From the NCBI RefSeq assembly GCF_963921235.1, contig NC_086097.1:223946001-224010000 (forward strand): DNA of 64,000 nucleotides. Reading direction: 5' to 3'. Each line of letters begins with the position of its first letter. Within the stretch, counting starts at the first letter, position 1. Below the pieces are notes generated by a model, which saw nothing but the letters and a program-made list of their open reading frames with translations, had not been told where the DNA came from and did not search any database. Source of the stretch: Mobula hypostoma. Taxonomy: Eukaryota. A program made the translations under genes and the position numbers. Below, piece by piece: positions 60,481 through 64,000 of the stretch.

Positions 60481-62851
60481 AATTCACTTAGCTAACTTTT
60501 TGATCATACCTTATTTCCTTGATTCTGCTTGGTAGCCAAGACCTCAGCTACTTCATAAGCCTTTTTCAGCTCCTTTCTTGTATCTGGGCTCTTTCCTGTC
60601 TACCTGGGGGCCCTTCCCTGTCCATTACTCGTACCTCCCGACAACCTAAGTCCCCTTGTCACTTGGCTGAGCTCACCCTCATGCCCAGTTACTTTAGAGT
60701 CCAGTCCCCTGTCATTTTCTAACCATAAACCTGCCTGTCCACTGCTAGTCCCCCCCCCACCCACCCATTTCACCCGCCTCAGCCTGAGAAGGGGTGGGAA
60801 TCACTTCATCAATTATTGGGGAGCTTGCAAAGGGCAGGATATACCACACCTCCATTTCCTCATCCTCCAAGTCCATATCATCTACTTCTTCAACTTCAGA
60901 TTTATTTTGAACTTCACTGTCCCCATTCATCTTCTTCTATTTATTCCCGTCCAAATCATTCAGATTAACAAGCATTCATCACCCGCTCTTAGATGGCATC
61001 AACAGTATGTGTGTCACCCAGACAATCTACATCTGTGAGATTTCCTGCATTCTCTGCACCCCTCCCTTCTCTGCAATTTCAAATGTACTTGTTTTTTGCC
61101 CCTGGCTTTTCCAGTTCTGGTGAGAGTTCATCAACCTTAAACATTAATTTGTGTTTTTCTTTCCAAAGATGCAGATTGCAGGACATTAATACATTTACAA
61201 ATTAGCCAAGTAATTGGCAAGAGGAGTTTAACACTAATAAATGCAACGTAATAGGTGTTTGTACGAAGGAAAGGGAGATCACTTGTTATTCAGAAGGTAC
61301 AAGACTGGGTAGTATACTGAAGCAAAGTGATCTCCCAGAGAGAACTGAAAAGACAGGTGGTTATGCTGAATCTGAGTTGCATCTTGGCTCAACCAGATGG
61401 AATACCATATGCAGTGCTGGTTGCCATACTGTAAAAACGATGCAGAAATTCTGGAAAGGATGAAGAGATTTGCAAAGGTGATTCAAAAGATGCAAGGGTA
61501 CACACATCAGAAAAGGGTGAACTGAACCATTCTGGAAAGAAGGGCGAAGGAAGATCCAACAGCGGTCTTTAAAATCATGTCTGACTTTGTTAAGAGTACA
61601 CACAAGTAATATGTTTCACCCTTAGGGTAGAAGATTGCTAGAGGTTCTCAATGTAAGATAGTCATCAAGAAGTCCAAAGGAATTGAAAAGGAACTTTTTA
61701 GAATCATGCAATATAGAAACAAGTCATTTGGCCTGACTTATCCACACCAACTGGGCCACCCTCCTGTAATAAAACTTCTTTATAAAAGTGATAATGGGGT
61801 GGAACTCACACCCACATGCCGAGCTTGAAGACTATAAGAACTAGGGCATTCAGCCCATCAAGTCTGTTCCAGAAATGGCTGATTTATTATCCCTCTTAAC
61901 CCCATGTTCCTGCCTTCTTCCTGTAACCTTTGATGTCTTAAAGATACTCAATGACTTGTAGCCATCTCTGGCAATGAATTTCCACAGATCCATCTCCTTC
62001 AGGTAGAGAATACATAAATTTCCTATCCTTTCAGGAAGCTGTTTCACTGCATAATCATATTATGGTGGATCTAATCTGATAGTGGAGTGAAGTAGGGTCA
62101 TATTTCAGAGTGGAAATGCCTGATTTGGCTTGAATTAGATTGCGACATCAATTTACATCAGATTGCTTGATACTAAAGTGAAAATTGAGACGAAACCAGG
62201 TTAGCTTAAAAGCAGACATTCCTGTCTCTGTTGTACTTAGACATAGATGAGGAAGAATTTCTTTAGCCACAAGGTAGTGAATCTGGAATTCATTAACACA
62301 GGCAGCTGTGGAAGTCATTGGGTACATTTAAGATTGAGGTTAAAGGGTTCTTAACTAGTAAGGGCATTGAGGGTTAAGGGTAGAAGGCAAGAGGACGGGG
62401 TTGGGGGATAATAAATCAACCATGATGGAATGGTGGAGCAGAATCGATGGGCCAAATGGCCTATTTCTGCTCCTACATCATATGGTCTTACGGTATACTT
62501 AGGCTAACAGTATCACCAAGAATGCCTGCTACACTGGCCATTCCCCTTTCTCTGTTCTACTTTCTGCAAGAAGATACAGGAGTTTGAAATCCTGGATGTC
62601 CACACTTATTGACCCCTTTGAATCAATCCCCTTCTCGTGGTACTGCAATGCTCTCATACTTTTAACCTCACCTCTCTTGGTTGTTCTGTTATTGTTATTT
62701 TTTGCACTATTTCAGATTGCACTACAACCTGTATACCATTCTTCTGTTTTACACTCGCTGTTGTATTTATTATTACCATGTGTACTGTTTACTCTGCACA
62801 CTTCACGTGAGCAAAGAATTTCACTGCACTATTTTATGTAATAAACTAAAG

Positions 62852-63095
62852 CAGTGGTCCCCAACCTCCGGGCCGTGGACTGATACATTGCCGCGAAGAA
62901 CGAAGTGGTGCAGCAGTAGTCAGAACGCACCCAGCACATCTTTAAGAAAAAAGCCGAAATAAACAACCTAATTAATTAACTTGTTTATTTCAGCTTTTTT
63001 CTTAAAGATGTGCTGGGTACATTCCGACTACCGCTGCCCCACTGCATTCTTCGCGGCAATGTATCGGTCTGCAGCCCAGATGTTGGGGACCACTG
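62852..63095. mobile_element. hAT (Charlie-like) palindromic MITE, 244 bp
   Basis: Termini CAGTGGTCCCCAAC / GTTGGGGACCACTG, near-complete foldback, and an 8-bp TSD aactaaag/aactgaag with one mismatch. Confidence 0.9.
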
Positions 63096-63100
63096 AACTG

Positions 63101-63582
63101 AAGTTTGAACATCCCGTACCTGAAATTCCAAAATCGAAAACCTCCGAAATCCGGAAGCAACTCGGAAGGTTCCCAGGCAATTGGCAGGTCTCTGCACACC
63201 ATGGGCAGTACTAAGAAGTGACCTCACATATGTAATTAACAAAAGTTAATGAAAATAGAAAAACACGGTGTAAAGCGAGAAATGAAGATCTTGATTGTGT
63301 ATTGAAAGAGTGGATTCATCAGCATCGGAGTGCACACATGCCACTTAACGGTATGCTAATCATGAAACAAGCAAAGAACTATCATGACAAACTGAAAATT
63401 GAAGGAAATTGTGAATATTATGAAGATTGGTTGCAGACATTTAAGAAAAGGCACCGTATTAAAGTTTCAAAGATTTAAAAAATTTTAAAGATTATGTGCC
63501 TGCTGATCACAAAGCAGCAGGGAAATTGATGAGTTCACCAAGATTATCGCTGATGAAAATCTAACACACTGAGCAGCTGCAT
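63101..63582 (+). mobile_element. Tigger/jerky-type (Tigger4/Zombi-like) transposase remnant, CENP-B HTH domain
   Basis: Encodes RKTRCKARNEDLDCVLKEWIHQHRSAHMPLNGMLIMKQAKNYHDKLKIEGNCEYYEDWLQTFKKRHRIK...ADHKAA..IDEFTKIIADENLT.EQ. A TIR-like tttgaacatccc...ccgaaatcc lies at the start. Confidence 0.8.
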
Positions 63583-64000
63583 ATAGACAACAGACAATAG
63601 ACAATAGGTACAGAAGTAGGCCATTCGGCCCTTCGAGCCAGCACCACCATTCACTGTGATCATGGCTGATCATCCACAATCAGTATCCAGTTCCTGCCTT
63701 ATCCCCATAACCTTTGATTCAAGATTCAAAGATTCAAAAACTTTATTGTCATTCTAAGCGTACATCAGCTCTGAAGGGCAGAATGAGACAGCGTTTCTCA
63801 GGAGCAGTGCAATCATAACATAACAAACGCAACACTAAATAATAAACATAACAATAAATAGTAAAACACAACAGCCACATGTCAGTTAAAATCAAGTTAT
63901 AAGTGTCCAGTGCAAGTTAAAAGTATCCAAAGCAGAGTCAGGTACAGCAGCTATTTAGCAGTCTGACTGCCTGCGGGAGGAAGCTGTTTAGTAGCCTTGT
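63583..64000 (-). mobile_element. CR1 3' tip (63583-63718) followed by a Rex1 3' end
   Basis: Reverse-complement tails (atagacaa)n and (ttcaaaga)n with the corresponding 3'UTRs. Confidence 0.75.

Noticed and set aside
61110..61150. Additional hammerhead copy
   Set aside because: It is positionally similar to the Penelope terminus but too degenerate (CTGGTGA...TAAA) to support.
63245..63582. Domesticated JRK/JRKL/TIGD gene
   Set aside because: It is frameshifted, truncated by a CR1 insertion and preceded by a TIR-like sequence, so it is a transposon fossil.

Overview
This is vertebrate genomic DNA, most likely from a cartilaginous fish such as a ray or skate. That inference rests on the repeat complement: CR1, Rex1/Babar, HE1-type V-SINEs and Penelope-like elements. 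The window appears to be almost entirely intronic. It holds one confidently identified coding exon, a 119-bp minus-strand exon of a junctophilin-1-like gene (27719-27837, [41 protein letters not shown]). A candidate downstream exon starts at 4257 in the correct splice phase but hits a stop after 7 codons and looks decayed, which suggests a truncated or anchor-less junctophilin. Much of the remainder is a dense, nested transposon landscape: CR1, Rex1, L1, Vingi and R4/Dong LINEs, RTE-related and V-SINEs, Penelope-like elements, Tigger, Tc1, hAT and Harbinger DNA transposons, and a solo LTR. The most notable non-coding signal is a 36-nt minimal type-I hammerhead ribozyme motif in the Penelope-like terminal repeats. 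It occurs in at least 7 copies, including a tandem pair 383 nt apart, and no copy is fully intact. Other points of interest are a Tigger family that has captured a hAT MITE, and two CR1 insertions at almost the same site in two Tigger copies. Most ORFs in the provided track are repeat-derived or spurious. Family assignments come from recalled motifs, not database searches.
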